From NCBI GenBank assembly GCA_025359965.1, contig JANYDC010000149.1:23616-87615 (forward strand): a DNA stretch of 64,000 bases, written 5' to 3'. Under the pieces are notes generated by a model. The model was not told the DNA's origin. It did no database searches and worked only from the letters and a program-made list of their open reading frames with translations. Both the position numbers and the translations under genes were made by a program. This DNA is from Pedosphaera sp. (GTDB lineage: Bacteria; Verrucomicrobiota; Verrucomicrobiia; Limisphaerales; SXQI01). Positions 41,512 to 51,208 of the stretch are shown piece after piece. The first letter of the stretch is position 1. Every line of letters starts with the position of its first letter.

Positions 41512-42816
41512 ATGCACGATTTTCACTATGGACAGGGCCAGTTGATGTGCGAAGGCGTCTCCATCGCCTCTCTCATAAAAAAGCACGGCACTCCCCTGTA
41601 CGTGTATTCCCAAAATACCCTCACCCAGCATTTCAAAAGGCTCGATCAGGCCATCGCCCCATTGGACCACATGGTTTGCTACGCCATGAAGTCCAACTCA
41701 AACCTTTCCGTTATTCGCACTCTGGCAGATGCCGGCAGCGGGTTTGACGTGGTGAGCGAGGGGGAACTGCGACGCGTAATTGCGGCAGGCGGTGATCCTA
41801 CTCGAAGCGTTTTCGCCGGAGTCGGCAAAACGGCGCAGGAGATCCAGTATGCTCTCAAACAGGGCGTCTATTCCTTCAACGTCGAAAGCGAAGCCGAATT
41901 AGAGCGAATCAACAAGGTGGCCGCAGGGATGAAAAGAAAGGCTCCCATCGCCATCCGCATCAACCCCAACATCGATGCTGGCACTCACGCCAAAATCACC
42001 ACCGGCACCTATGAAAACAAATTCGGCATCGCATTCGAGGTCGTGGAAAAGCTTTATGCGCACGCAGCCAAGCTGAAAAACCTGCATCTTCGCGGCGTGC
42101 AAATGCACATCGGCTCGCAATTGACAGAGGTCACCCCTTTCAAAAAAGCCATCGAGAAAGTCATTCCTCTGGTCGAAAAACTCAAGCGGCTTTATGGCAT
42201 CGAGTTCTTCAGTATCGGCGGAGGCATAGGCATTGTTTACAAGCAGGCTCTTGCCAGTGGTTCTGAGCGTTGGTGGGGATCAAAAGAATCGAAAAACATC
42301 CTTACTCCCGAGCTCTACGCCAAGGCTCTCCTCCCACTTCTCAAGCCCTTGAATCTGCGCATCTTGCTTGAACCCGGCCGATTCATCTCCGGCAACGCAG
42401 GCGCGCTTATCTCACGTGTTGAGTACGTCAAGCGCACCGGCAAAAAGAATTTCGTCATCGTCGATGCCGCCATGAACGATCTGATTCGTCCGGCCTTCTA
42501 TGATTCCTTCCACGAAATCGTTCCCGTCTCAGCCAAAGGCGGCAAACCGGTTTCATCAGATGTGGTGGGACCGATCTGTGAATCCGGCGACTATTTCTGC
42601 AAGGATCGTCCCCTGCCCAAAGTTGGTGAAGGCGATTACCTCGCCCTCTTAAGCGCCGGAGCCTACGGCTCAGTGATGAGCTCCACCTACAACAGCCGCC
42701 CGCTTACTGCGGAAATACTTGTCCACGGCAAAAAACACGCCGTGGTGCGCACTCGGCAAAAAATCGAAGACATCTGGCGCGATGAATCCATCGCCCCCTG
42801 GGCCAGGAATATCTGA
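41512..42816 (+). CDS. lysA: Diaminopimelate decarboxylase
   Basis: YAMKSNSN (PLP lysine), GGGIGI, EPGRFISGNAG and CESGD motifs, at the typical length of 434 aa. Confidence 0.9.
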   Translation: MHDFHYGQGQLMCEGVSIASLIKKHGTPLYVYSQNTLTQHFKRLDQAIAPLDHMVCYAMKSNSNLSVIRTLADAGSGFDVVSEGELRRVIAAGGDPTRSVFAGVGKTAQEIQYALKQGVYSFNVESEAELERINKVAAGMKRKAPIAIRINPNIDAGTHAKITTGTYENKFGIAFEVVEKLYAHAAKLKNLHLRGVQMHIGSQLTEVTPFKKAIEKVIPLVEKLKRLYGIEFFSIGGGIGIVYKQALASGSERWWGSKESKNILTPELYAKALLPLLKPLNLRILLEPGRFISGNAGALISRVEYVKRTGKKNFVIVDAAMNDLIRPAFYDSFHEIVPVSAKGGKPVSSDVVGPICESGDYFCKDRPLPKVGEGDYLALLSAGAYGSVMSSTYNSRPLTAEILVHGKKHAVVRTRQKIEDIWRDESIAPWARNI

Positions 42817-42864
42817 CCGCGGAACTCGCATGAAGCGCCTCTTCGTCAAACCAAAGCGGCCTTC

Positions 42865-43449
42865 GTGAAAAGAACTTGGCAGCGGGCGGCATGGGCAATA
42901 TCACTACTGACCTTAACCATTGGCCTGATCATCCTGAGCCTGTGGACCAAGAATCGAGAACATCGCTACGACCGCCCCATCCTTGCCGCTGCCCGCCGTT
43001 ATCAAGTGGATCCCGCCCTGATCAAGGCCGTCATCTGGAGGGAGAGCAGTTTCAAAGCTGACGCTCGCGGTACAAGGCAGGAAATCGGCCTCATGCAAGT
43101 CCGAGAGGATGCAGCCTTGGAATGGGCCGAGGCGGAACACCTAACCAATTTCATCCACTCAGATATTCTGGACCCGGCCAAGAACATCAATGCGGGCACC
43201 TATTACCTGGGCAAATTACTGAAACGCTATCGCAACGTCGACAATCCCCTGCCTTACGCTCTGGCCGATTACAACGCCGGCCGCACCCACGTCCTGCGTT
43301 GGAAAAAAGGTGAAGCCGATACCAATGCCTTCGCTTTCCTCAATCGCATGGACTACCCCGGAACTCGCAACTATGCCCTCTCCATTTTGGATCGCTTCGT
43401 CATTTACCAAGCTGAGTTCAAAAAAATGTTGGACCATGACCGACACTGA
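42865..43449 (+). CDS. Membrane-anchored lytic transglycosylase (SLT domain)
   Basis: TM anchor followed by LIKAVIWRESSFKADARGTRQEIGLMQV (catalytic Glu-Ser) and ADYNAG. GTG start. Confidence 0.85.
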   Translation: MKRTWQRAAWAISLLTLTIGLIILSLWTKNREHRYDRPILAAARRYQVDPALIKAVIWRESSFKADARGTRQEIGLMQVREDAALEWAEAEHLTNFIHSDILDPAKNINAGTYYLGKLLKRYRNVDNPLPYALADYNAGRTHVLRWKKGEADTNAFAFLNRMDYPGTRNYALSILDRFVIYQAEFKKMLDHDRH

Positions 43450-43478
43450 CCCCTTACACGCCGCCGTTTCGAGCACAG

Positions 43479-43922
43479 CTATTTCTCCGGCTTGAACTTT
43501 AGGAAACCCTTCAGCTGCTCTGGATGTGTCTTCCAATACGATACCAGCCTTGCCAGAGTCTCCAAAGTCTGAGGACGAAGATGATGTTCAATATCCTCCA
43601 CTTCCCCCTCAATGGTTTCCGCCTCGAGACCTAGTTGACCGAAAAATTCAGTCAGGATCTTGTGCCTCTCCCGAATCCGATTAGCCACCTCGCGCCCTTC
43701 CGCCGTCAGGTTAAAGCCCCTATACCTCTCATAATTCACAAAACCCCGAGCCGCCAGCCGCCGCACCATATTGGAAACAGACGACGCCGAAAGCCCCAAT
43801 TCCTCGGCCACATCCGTCACCCGGGCATAGCCTTTATGGTCCACAAGCTCGGCAATTCGTTCCAAATGATCCTCCGTGGATTCGGAATGCGAGGATTGAG
43901 CAGTGGGTTTCTTCGATTTCAC
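43479..43922 (-). CDS. DtxR/MntR-family metal-dependent transcriptional regulator
   Basis: HLERIAELVDHKGYARVTDVAEELGLSASSVSNMVRRLAARGFVNYERYRGFNLTAEGREVANRIRERHKILTEFF (wHTH plus dimerisation helix). Start assigned to GTG 43920-43922, preceded by AGGAA 8 nt upstream, giving 147 aa. The ORF-track 239-aa version adds an implausible extension. Confidence 0.75.
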   Translation of the reverse strand: MKSKKPTAQSSHSESTEDHLERIAELVDHKGYARVTDVAEELGLSASSVSNMVRRLAARGFVNYERYRGFNLTAEGREVANRIRERHKILTEFFGQLGLEAETIEGEVEDIEHHLRPQTLETLARLVSYWKTHPEQLKGFLKFKPEK

Positions 43923-44015
43923 AACGAGATTCCTATTCCCTTTTCCTACGACTGACGATTGTTTTCGTCCTAACAAGGGCTGAAGCCGCTCTTCCCCGCA
44001 TGCCTTTATAAAAGT

Positions 44016-44057
44016 GAAGCCAGCCCGATGCCTCAACAGGAGGCTCGGACTGGCTTC
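44016..44057 (-). promoter_or_regulatory. Long imperfect hairpin (17 bp) with a U-rich tail in the leader of the MntR-like gene
   Basis: GAAGCCAG-C-CCGA-T-GCCTC-AACAG-GAGGC-TCGG-A-CTGGCTTC. On the minus strand it is followed by ACUUUUAUAAAGG. It ends 93 nt (43923-44015) upstream of the GTG start. Confidence 0.45.
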
Positions 44058-44334
44058 CAACCACACACAACCAACTGAAACCAAGTGCATCCTTTGACGC
44101 ACATTCGATAACAAAGCATAGTCCCTGCCATTCTCGAATTGAAGGCGGAAAACACACATCCTGCCGTCAAAAAAGCAGGAAAATGTGGCGGATATCACCT
44201 TGTCCCACCTTCCAATCAGACCGTCGAATCCTCAACTTTGATCAAATCTGTGGGAATTGGGACGCGTTGCATCTTATTTGGACACCGTTGCATCCTTGAC
44301 ACTATCCCTCCGCAAGCCTAACACACAGGAGCCA

Positions 44335-45774
44335 ATGAACCGACGTAGCTTTCTCAAAACCACGGCTGGCGCTGCCGCTCTCGCAGCGTTCTCCCCTTCC
44401 CTGCATGCCTTCGTCGAACCAGTTTGGGGGCCTTACCGCCTCTCCCTTGCCGAATGGTCATTCCACAAGTCCCTCCAGAGCGGGAAAATGACCCATTTGG
44501 ACTTCCCAATGATTGCCCGCAAAGAATTCGGGATCGCGTGCATTGAGGTCGTTGACCAATTCTTTGCCGACAAGGCCAATGACGTCGAATACATGAAAGC
44601 CTACCGCACAAGGGCGGGCAACGAAGGGGTCCGTGTAGGTTTGCTCATGCTCGACACCAATGGACGTCTGGGCGCGGCATCGGCTGAGGAGCGACAAAAG
44701 GCCATCGATGCCACCAAAGTATGGATCGAGGCGGCCATGTACATGAACTGCCTCACCGTCCGGATCAACGCCCGGGGCGATGGCACTCCCGAAGAACTTC
44801 TCAACCGCCTCGTCGAAAGCTGTTCCCTTCTGGCCGATTTTGCTGCGGAACGCAAATTGAACTTGGTCATCGAAAACCATGGAGAACTTTCTTCCGACCC
44901 CGTTTGGCTGACCAACCTTGTCAAAGCTGTCAACAAGCCAAACTTCGGCACACTCCCCGATTTTGGTAACTTCCCCGATTCCACAAACAAATACGACGCC
45001 GTCGAAATGATGATGCCGTATGCAAAAGCCGTCAGTGCCAAAGCCATAAAATTCACCACGGGCGGGTTGGTCGAAGAAACCGATTTCTTCAAGATGATGC
45101 GCATTGTGCGCGATGGCGGCTATCACGGTTATGTAGGAATCGAGACCGAAGTTGGCACAGCAGAAGAAGAGATCGAAGCGGTCCGCACAACCCGTGACCT
45201 TCTTAACTGGGTTCATGGTGAAGAATCCAAGTGCAAATCCATCTTCAACGAAAAGAACCTGTATGGATGGATTAAAATGGAAGGTGGCGATTGGGCTATT
45301 GAAGATGGAATCCTCATTGGTCGGAACGGCCTGAATTGGTCAACCGATCCAGCCAAGTCCGGCTCATGGTTGCGTTCACGCGAAGAACACGCTGATTTCC
45401 GTCTCGAACTCCAGTACAAGATCAATCAGGGCGGCAACAGTGGCGTGTTCTTCCGTTCGGCCCTCGAAAAAAACCCAGCCTTTACCGGTTTTGAAGTTCA
45501 AATCTACGACTCTCCCGGAACTCCTCCGACCAAGACCGGTCCAAGCTCGCTCTACGATTTCGCGGCCCCCAGCAAGAACAATATACGGCCGGCCGGCCAG
45601 TGGAACACTATGACGCTTGCAGCCATTGGCGACAAAGTCCGGCTCGAAATCAATCACGAGAAAGTCCTCGACACCACCGTTAATCGCGCGAAACGCGGCT
45701 ACATCGGACTGCAGAACCATGATACAACCTCGGTCGTGCAATTCCGCAACATCCGTTTGGAGGATATTTCATAG
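44335..45774 (+). CDS. Tat-exported xylose-isomerase-like TIM-barrel protein fused to a DUF1080 (3-keto-disaccharide hydrolase-like) domain
   Basis: Twin-arginine signal MNRRSFLKTTAGAAALAAF preceded by AGGAG. TIM-barrel segment (LVIENHGELS..., GYHGYVGIE). C-terminal DUF1080 pattern (FNEKNLYGW...GNSGVFFRS...EVQIYDS...GYIGLQNHDTTSVVQFRNIRL). Confidence 0.75.
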   Translation: MNRRSFLKTTAGAAALAAFSPSLHAFVEPVWGPYRLSLAEWSFHKSLQSGKMTHLDFPMIARKEFGIACIEVVDQFFADKANDVEYMKAYRTRAGNEGVRVGLLMLDTNGRLGAASAEERQKAIDATKVWIEAAMYMNCLTVRINARGDGTPEELLNRLVESCSLLADFAAERKLNLVIENHGELSSDPVWLTNLVKAVNKPNFGTLPDFGNFPDSTNKYDAVEMMMPYAKAVSAKAIKFTTGGLVEETDFFKMMRIVRDGGYHGYVGIETEVGTAEEEIEAVRTTRDLLNWVHGEESKCKSIFNEKNLYGWIKMEGGDWAIEDGILIGRNGLNWSTDPAKSGSWLRSREEHADFRLELQYKINQGGNSGVFFRSALEKNPAFTGFEVQIYDSPGTPPTKTGPSSLYDFAAPSKNNIRPAGQWNTMTLAAIGDKVRLEINHEKVLDTTVNRAKRGYIGLQNHDTTSVVQFRNIRLEDIS

Positions 45775-45776
45775 GA

Positions 45777-46475
45777 ATGGCGATTTCATCCCCTCAAACT
45801 TTGCGGGCCGAGGCGGTCAACAAAACCTACGTTTTAGGCCATCGCAACGTTCCTGTCCTCCGGGATGTGGACTTAACAGTGGAAGCCGGGGACTTCGTGG
45901 CCTTGCGCGGAGCATCGGGCGCGGGGAAATCAACCTTGCTCCACCTTTTGGGTGGACTGGACCTGCCGGACTCCGGCCGCATCTGGTTTGGGGAAATCGA
46001 ACTTTCAGCCCTGTCCCGCCCCAAACTGACGGAATTTCGCAATCTCAACATTGGCTTCGTCTTTCAGGCCTACCATCTCCTGCCTGAATTTAATGCCTTG
46101 GAAAACGTTTGCCTCCCTGGTCGCATCGCCCGGCGCGGAGTGGTGAACCTGGAAAAGGAAGCCCGAAATCTTCTTGGCCGCGTGGGCCTTGGTGATCGGC
46201 TAGATCACCGCCCCGCTGAACTTTCCGGCGGCGAGCAACAACGCGTGGCCATCGCCCGCGCGCTCATCAACTCCCCATCCCTTATCCTGGCCGATGAGCC
46301 CACCGGCAACCTCGATTCCCACACCGGAGACGAAATCATCCAACTCCTCCTGGAACTCCGCTCCGAACGAGGTGCCACACTACTGATCGCCACCCACGAT
46401 CAGCGCCTCGCCTCCCGCGCCCGCCTCACCATAGAAATGGTCGATGGACAAACCCCTTTTCCAGCCCACGCCTGA
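45777..46475 (+). CDS. ABC transporter ATP-binding protein (LolD/MacB-type), no adjacent permease
   Basis: [24 protein letters not shown] and [12 protein letters not shown] motifs. Starts 2 nt after the upstream stop. No permease gene follows (thiG is next). Confidence 0.85.
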   Translation: MAISSPQTLRAEAVNKTYVLGHRNVPVLRDVDLTVEAGDFVALRGASGAGKSTLLHLLGGLDLPDSGRIWFGEIELSALSRPKLTEFRNLNIGFVFQAYHLLPEFNALENVCLPGRIARRGVVNLEKEARNLLGRVGLGDRLDHRPAELSGGEQQRVAIARALINSPSLILADEPTGNLDSHTGDEIIQLLLELRSERGATLLIATHDQRLASRARLTIEMVDGQTPFPAHA

Positions 46476-46605
46476 CTCGGTTGACCGTCGAATCAGGAAC
46501 TACTGTTTGCCATACAGGTACGGCTAAAAATAGACGCATTTCATTGCAGCAGAGTGCTCCGACCCTTCCTTGCCTCAAATCCTCAGACTCTCTACTCTTC
46601 TAACG

Positions 46606-47397
46606 ATGCTAGCTAACGAAGCGCCTTTGGTTATTGCCGGACGCACCTTTACCTCGAGATTGATTCTTGGAACAGGCAAGTTCGCCTCACCGCAACTCAT
46701 GCGGGATGCACTCGCCAGCAGCGGCACCGCCATGGTGACTGTCGCCCTGCGACGCGCCGATCTCACCGGAAAGAAAGATCCCTTCGCCAGCATCCTTGAA
46801 TTCATTGACCCGAACAAATACCTTCTCCTCCCCAACACCAGCGGCGCCATGAATGCCGAGGAGGCTGTCCGACTGGCTCGCCTTGCCGTGGCAGCCGGCC
46901 TGCCCAAATGGGTGAAACTGGAAATCCACCCCGATCCCCGCTATCTCTTGCCCGACCCCATCGAAACACTCGCCGCCGCCAAAATTCTCGTCCGCGAAGG
47001 CTTCACGGTGCTTCCCTACATCAACGCCGACCCTGTCCTTGCCAAACATCTCCAGGAAGCTGGTTGTGCCACCGTAATGCCCCTCGGCTCCCCCATAGGA
47101 ACCAACCGCGGCGTGGAATCCAGGCATCAAATCCGCATCATTATCGAGCAGGCCACCGTCCCCGTTGTGGTGGACGCCGGACTCGGAGCCCCCAGCCACG
47201 CGGCTGAAGCCATGGAACTCGGTGCCGATGCCGTTCTGGTCAACACCGCCATCGCCGTTGCCTCTTCTCCCACCCGCATGGCCACCGCATTCGCCAAAGC
47301 CGTCGAAGCCGGACGAGAGGCTTACCTTATCGGGCTTGGGCTCCAATCCACCACCGCTAATCCCACCAGCCCTCTCACTGCATTCCTCAACAGTTGA
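46606..47397 (+). CDS. thiG: Thiazole synthase
   Basis: [33 protein letters not shown] and AVLVNTAIA motifs. ATG at 46606 chosen over the TTG at 46570. Confidence 0.9.
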   Translation: MLANEAPLVIAGRTFTSRLILGTGKFASPQLMRDALASSGTAMVTVALRRADLTGKKDPFASILEFIDPNKYLLLPNTSGAMNAEEAVRLARLAVAAGLPKWVKLEIHPDPRYLLPDPIETLAAAKILVREGFTVLPYINADPVLAKHLQEAGCATVMPLGSPIGTNRGVESRHQIRIIIEQATVPVVVDAGLGAPSHAAEAMELGADAVLVNTAIAVASSPTRMATAFAKAVEAGREAYLIGLGLQSTTANPTSPLTAFLNS

Positions 47398-47402
47398 TCC
47401 GC

Positions 47403-48413
47403 ATGAAAAACATCCCCCTCGCCCGCGTTCAACGAATTCTGGACAGTCTGGAAACACTCCGCGTGCTGGTCATTGGCGACATTATGCTCGACCAATTTAT
47501 CTGGGGCAGCGTCCGCCGCATCTCGCCGGAAGCCCCGGTGCCCGTGGTCGAGTTCGAACGTGAGAGCTTTATGCCAGGAGGCGCGGCAAACGTGGCGAGG
47601 AACCTCACCTGTCTCAAGGCAAGAACCTCTCTTCTCAGCGTGATCGGCAGAGATCCCTCCGCCAAGATGCTTCGCAGTCTGCTCATCGCGCAAAACGTGG
47701 AATGCAGCGGGCTTGTCTCTTCTCCAAATCGCCCCACCAGCGTCAAAACCCGCATCATCGCCCACCAACAACAAATGGTGCGCGTCGACCGCGAAACCAC
47801 TCAGCCGATCGATGCCAACGCAGAAGGACGACTGCTGGCCGAAATTCACAAACAACTTCCCGAAGCAGATGCCGTGATCGTCGGCGATTATGGCAAAGGT
47901 GTGATCACTCAATCCCTCCTGAACAAAGTAAAGGACCTCTGCCGCGCCCGTGGAAAATGGCTGAGCTTGGATCCCAAACCCGTGCACCACCTTGATCTTG
48001 CCGGCCTTTCCCTCATCACGCCAAACCGCAAAGAAGCCTTTGAACTTGCGGGCATCCCCGACGGTGCACGCCATGGTGACCCGCTTAAGGACACCCGCCT
48101 CATGGCCGCCACTTCAGCACTGCTTGAACGCCTTGCCCCCGCGCTTTTGCTCATCACTCTGGGCGATCTCGGCATGCTCCTCTGCCGCCGCAACGACAAA
48201 CCAATTCACATCCCCACCGTTGCCCAGGAAGTCTTTGACGTTTCCGGCGCAGGCGACACCGTCATCGCCTCATTCACCCTCGCCATCGCCGCCGGAGCCT
48301 CCCCGCTTGAAGCCGCCATTTTTTCCAACCACGCCGCCGGAGTCGTGGTGGGTAAAGTCGGCACTGCCTCAGTCACGCAGGAAGAACTGCTCAAAAGCTT
48401 CTCCAAAAAATGA
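47403..48413 (+). CDS. hldA: D-glycero-beta-D-manno-heptose-7-phosphate kinase (RfaE domain I, PfkB family)
   Basis: VLVIGDIMLDQFIWGSVRRISPEAPVPVV, PGGAANVARN and DVSGAGDTVIA motifs. Kinase domain only, with no adenylyltransferase domain. Confidence 0.85.
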   Translation: MKNIPLARVQRILDSLETLRVLVIGDIMLDQFIWGSVRRISPEAPVPVVEFERESFMPGGAANVARNLTCLKARTSLLSVIGRDPSAKMLRSLLIAQNVECSGLVSSPNRPTSVKTRIIAHQQQMVRVDRETTQPIDANAEGRLLAEIHKQLPEADAVIVGDYGKGVITQSLLNKVKDLCRARGKWLSLDPKPVHHLDLAGLSLITPNRKEAFELAGIPDGARHGDPLKDTRLMAATSALLERLAPALLLITLGDLGMLLCRRNDKPIHIPTVAQEVFDVSGAGDTVIASFTLAIAAGASPLEAAIFSNHAAGVVVGKVGTASVTQEELLKSFSKK

Positions 48414-48976
48414 TGAGCACCTTGGGCCGCTCTGCCATTTTCATAGATCGTGACGGCACTCTCATCGAGGACCGCGACTATCTGCATAAACCGGAGGAAG
48501 TCGTCTTCTTCCCAGGCGCAGTGAGCGCCTTGGCGGCCGCCGCCAAAGAAGACTTTACCATCGTGATGATCACCAACCAGTCCGGCGTCGGCCGAGGTTA
48601 CTTCACCATGGAGGACGTTGAAAAAGTCCATTGCCACATCATCAGCGAACTTGCCAAGGAAGGGGTGACAATAGCCCGCATCTACACCGCACCCGAAGCC
48701 CCCGGACAAACCAGCCGTGGCCGCAAACCATCTCCCGCCTTCCTCCATGACGCCCGTGACGAACTGAATCTTGACCTCTCACGAAGCTACATGATCGGTG
48801 ACAAATGGATCGACCTCGAAGCCGGCTGGAACGCCGGTGTCAGCCAGTCCATCCTTGTGCGCACCGGCTATGGAACCGAGGTGGAAAAAGAGCACTCCAA
48901 CAACCTCAGCAGAGCGATTGTCCTCGATAACCTCGCCCAAGCCATCTCATGGATTCTTGCCAAACGTCAAAATTGA
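48410..48976 (+). CDS. gmhB: D-glycero-D-manno-heptose 1,7-bisphosphate phosphatase (HAD-IIIA)
   Basis: AIFIDRDGTLIED (DxD nucleophile motif), ITNQSGVGRGYF, RKPSP and GDKWIDLEAG. The start overlaps the hldA stop (ATGATGA). Confidence 0.85.
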   Translation: MMSTLGRSAIFIDRDGTLIEDRDYLHKPEEVVFFPGAVSALAAAAKEDFTIVMITNQSGVGRGYFTMEDVEKVHCHIISELAKEGVTIARIYTAPEAPGQTSRGRKPSPAFLHDARDELNLDLSRSYMIGDKWIDLEAGWNAGVSQSILVRTGYGTEVEKEHSNNLSRAIVLDNLAQAISWILAKRQN

Positions 48977-49063
48977 TTTCCAACCGGCCGCCAAAACTCA
49001 AAGATTCCCGTTTTTTGTCCGTGACAACCTCTGAATCAACACTATCCTCTTGATCCCTAAGAC

Positions 49064-49138
49064 GACCCTATCGTCTAGTGGTTAGGACACTGCCCTTTCA
49101 CGGCAGGTGCCCGGGTTCAAGTCCCGGTAGGGTCGCCA
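49064..49138 (+). tRNA. tRNA-Glu (anticodon UUC), CCA encoded
   Basis: Acceptor stem GACCCTA/TAGGGTC, D arm GTCT..GGAC, anticodon stem CTGCC/GGCAG with loop CTTTCAC (anticodon TTC), and T arm CCGGG-TTCAAGT-CCCGG. Discriminator G followed by CCA. Confidence 0.9.
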
Positions 49139-49243
49139 TTTCTTCAATATTTCTCGGATAACCTTGAAAACCCCCATCAACAGCATGTCTCACCCTCACT
49201 ATTTCGACTTCGTGGTTGATTTACTGCCGAACCCTCTCCGATC

Positions 49244-51121
49244 ATGGTGGGAATGAAGTGGGAGGTTTTGCACCGGTCCTCGCTCGGGAGATTCCTTGGG
49301 TTGACCTTTTTGTATGCTGTTGTTCTAACAGCCGGGGTTCTTTTTGCCTATGGCGTGCGGTTCGACTTTGACATCCCGACCCACGACCGCTCCGCGGTAA
49401 AGTACGTGGCAGTCTACGTGGTGGCGCTTCAACTTGCCTGCCTGTTTATTTTCCGCCAATTTGAGGGCCTGCTCAGCTATTTCAGCATTCCCGATTTACG
49501 CCGGATTTTCTTCGCCATGTCCACGTCCGCTCTGGCGCTTTTGGTGCTATGGCTTCAGGTCAAGGGGTTTGGGGCACCTCCCCGAGGCGTCATTCTGGTT
49601 GATTACGTTTCCTCCATTCTGGGCCTTTCGGTGCTTCGGCTTTGCTTCCGTATGGTGCGCGAGCGTTATCTTTCCCCACAATCCAGAGTCACCCGCAGAC
49701 GCCGGAGAGTGGGAATCATAGGAGCCGGAGACGTCGGGGCCGCCCTTGTCCGCGAACTCGTGTCAAAACGCGGATTGGGCCTGCAGCCAGTGGCGTTCTT
49801 TGACGATGACCCTTCGAAATGGCGCTCTCGGGTTCATGAAATCCCGGTGGTCGGTCCGCCTGAATCCATCTTGGACAACAAATTGAACCTGCAATTGGAG
49901 AAAGTGATTATCGCCATGCCTTCAGCTTCGGCCCGGCGCATCGGCGAAATCGTTGGGATTCTTCAAAAATCGCACCTGAAGTTCGAATCCGTTCCTAGCA
50001 TTGACCAGCTTGCCACTGGAAAAGTCAGGGTCTCCCAGCTGCGTGACATTGAAATCGAGGACCTGCTAGGACGCCCCGCCGTGGAACTCGAAGCAGACCA
50101 CATTCGTAGCATTCTGACCGACAAAGTCGTCATGGTGACTGGCGCGGGCGGCAGCATTGGAAGCGAACTCTGCCGACAAATCGCAGCCTTTAACCCCCAG
50201 CGACTCCTACTGGTGGAACAATCTGAAGTCCAGATTTTCGTTATCGAGCAGGAATTGATCGAACGCGGCCACTCTGGGCTGATACTTCCTCTGGTGGCTG
50301 ACATTCTAGACGAAGTGCGCATGCGCGGAATCCTTCAGCGATTCAGACCTCATGTCATTTTTCATGCGGCCGCCCACAAGCACGTGCCCATGATGGAAAG
50401 CCAGCCTGCCGAGGCTATTAAGAACAACTCCATCGGGACTGCCCGCATGTGCGATCTGGCACTCGAATTTGAAGTTGAACGTTTTGTGCAGGTCTCGACC
50501 GATAAAGCCATCAACCCCACCAATGTGATGGGGGCATCCAAGCGCCTAGCCGAAATTTATCTTCAGGCGTTGTCGGCCTCCTCTCCCATACTGACGCGGT
50601 TTATGGCCGTGCGGTTCGGCAATGTGCTGGGTTCTTCCGGATCTGTCATACCGGTCTTCAAAAAACAGATTGCCGCCGGGGGCCCTGTTCGTGTGACCCA
50701 CCCGGATGTCACCCGCTATTTCATGACCATCCCTGAGGCCGTTGGATTGGTCCTCCAGAGCGCGTCGATGGGTGAAGGCGGCGAAATATTTATACTGGAC
50801 ATGGGGCAGCCTGTTAAGATCGTGGATCTGGCCAAGCAATTGATTGAGTTGAGCGGACTCCGCCCCGACGAGGACATCGAGATTCAATTCATCGGTTTGC
50901 GTCCCGGGGAAAAACTTTTCGAGGAACTCTCCCACAGTGGGGAGAATATCTCCAAGACCACCCATCCTAAAATCTACCGCCTTAATGCGCAGCCCGAGAA
51001 TTTAAAACGGGTGGAATCCATCCTTAATAAACTGGCCGAGGATATGCCTTCCCTCGAGCCCACTCAGATCAAATTGCGCCTCCAACAGGCTGTTCCCGAG
51101 TACAAACCATACTTAACCTGA
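49244..51121 (+). CDS. Membrane-anchored polysaccharide biosynthesis protein CapD/PglF/WbpM type (nucleotide-sugar 4,6-dehydratase)
   Basis: Four N-terminal TM helices. Two Rossmann-like regions (VGIIGAGDVG; VMVTGAGGSIGSEL) and GASKRLAE (YxxxK-type region). Typical length of 625 aa. Confidence 0.85.
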   Translation: MVGMKWEVLHRSSLGRFLGLTFLYAVVLTAGVLFAYGVRFDFDIPTHDRSAVKYVAVYVVALQLACLFIFRQFEGLLSYFSIPDLRRIFFAMSTSALALLVLWLQVKGFGAPPRGVILVDYVSSILGLSVLRLCFRMVRERYLSPQSRVTRRRRRVGIIGAGDVGAALVRELVSKRGLGLQPVAFFDDDPSKWRSRVHEIPVVGPPESILDNKLNLQLEKVIIAMPSASARRIGEIVGILQKSHLKFESVPSIDQLATGKVRVSQLRDIEIEDLLGRPAVELEADHIRSILTDKVVMVTGAGGSIGSELCRQIAAFNPQRLLLVEQSEVQIFVIEQELIERGHSGLILPLVADILDEVRMRGILQRFRPHVIFHAAAHKHVPMMESQPAEAIKNNSIGTARMCDLALEFEVERFVQVSTDKAINPTNVMGASKRLAEIYLQALSASSPILTRFMAVRFGNVLGSSGSVIPVFKKQIAAGGPVRVTHPDVTRYFMTIPEAVGLVLQSASMGEGGEIFILDMGQPVKIVDLAKQLIELSGLRPDEDIEIQFIGLRPGEKLFEELSHSGENISKTTHPKIYRLNAQPENLKRVESILNKLAEDMPSLEPTQIKLRLQQAVPEYKPYLT

Positions 51122-51208
51122 TGCGGTATTGCACTGAGCTATCCACTGAAATGATCATTTTCAAATTGATCCCGGACCCATTTTCTCCTTATCTACAGCA
51201 GCCCAACT

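Noticed and set aside
43923-44334. A Mn(II) yybP-ykoY-type riboswitch near the MntR-like regulator.
   Set aside because: I found no GGAGAGUAG-like conserved core or four-way junction pattern on either strand.
46476-46605. A possible TPP (THI-box) riboswitch upstream of thiG.
   Set aside because: The 130-nt leader has no CUGAGA / ACCUGAUCUGGAUAAUGCCAGCG-like core on the sense strand.
46687-47457. Long antisense ORFs opposite well-supported genes. Examples: 46687-47457 and 47322-48074 opposite thiG/hldA, 44458-45216 opposite the TIM-barrel gene, 25474-26031 and 27572-28114 opposite the kinases, and 55982-56605.
   Set aside because: Their translations are Arg/Gly/Pro/Ser-rich and have no motifs. 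They sit in the typical shadow frames of GC-rich genes whose sense-strand products carry unambiguous family signatures.
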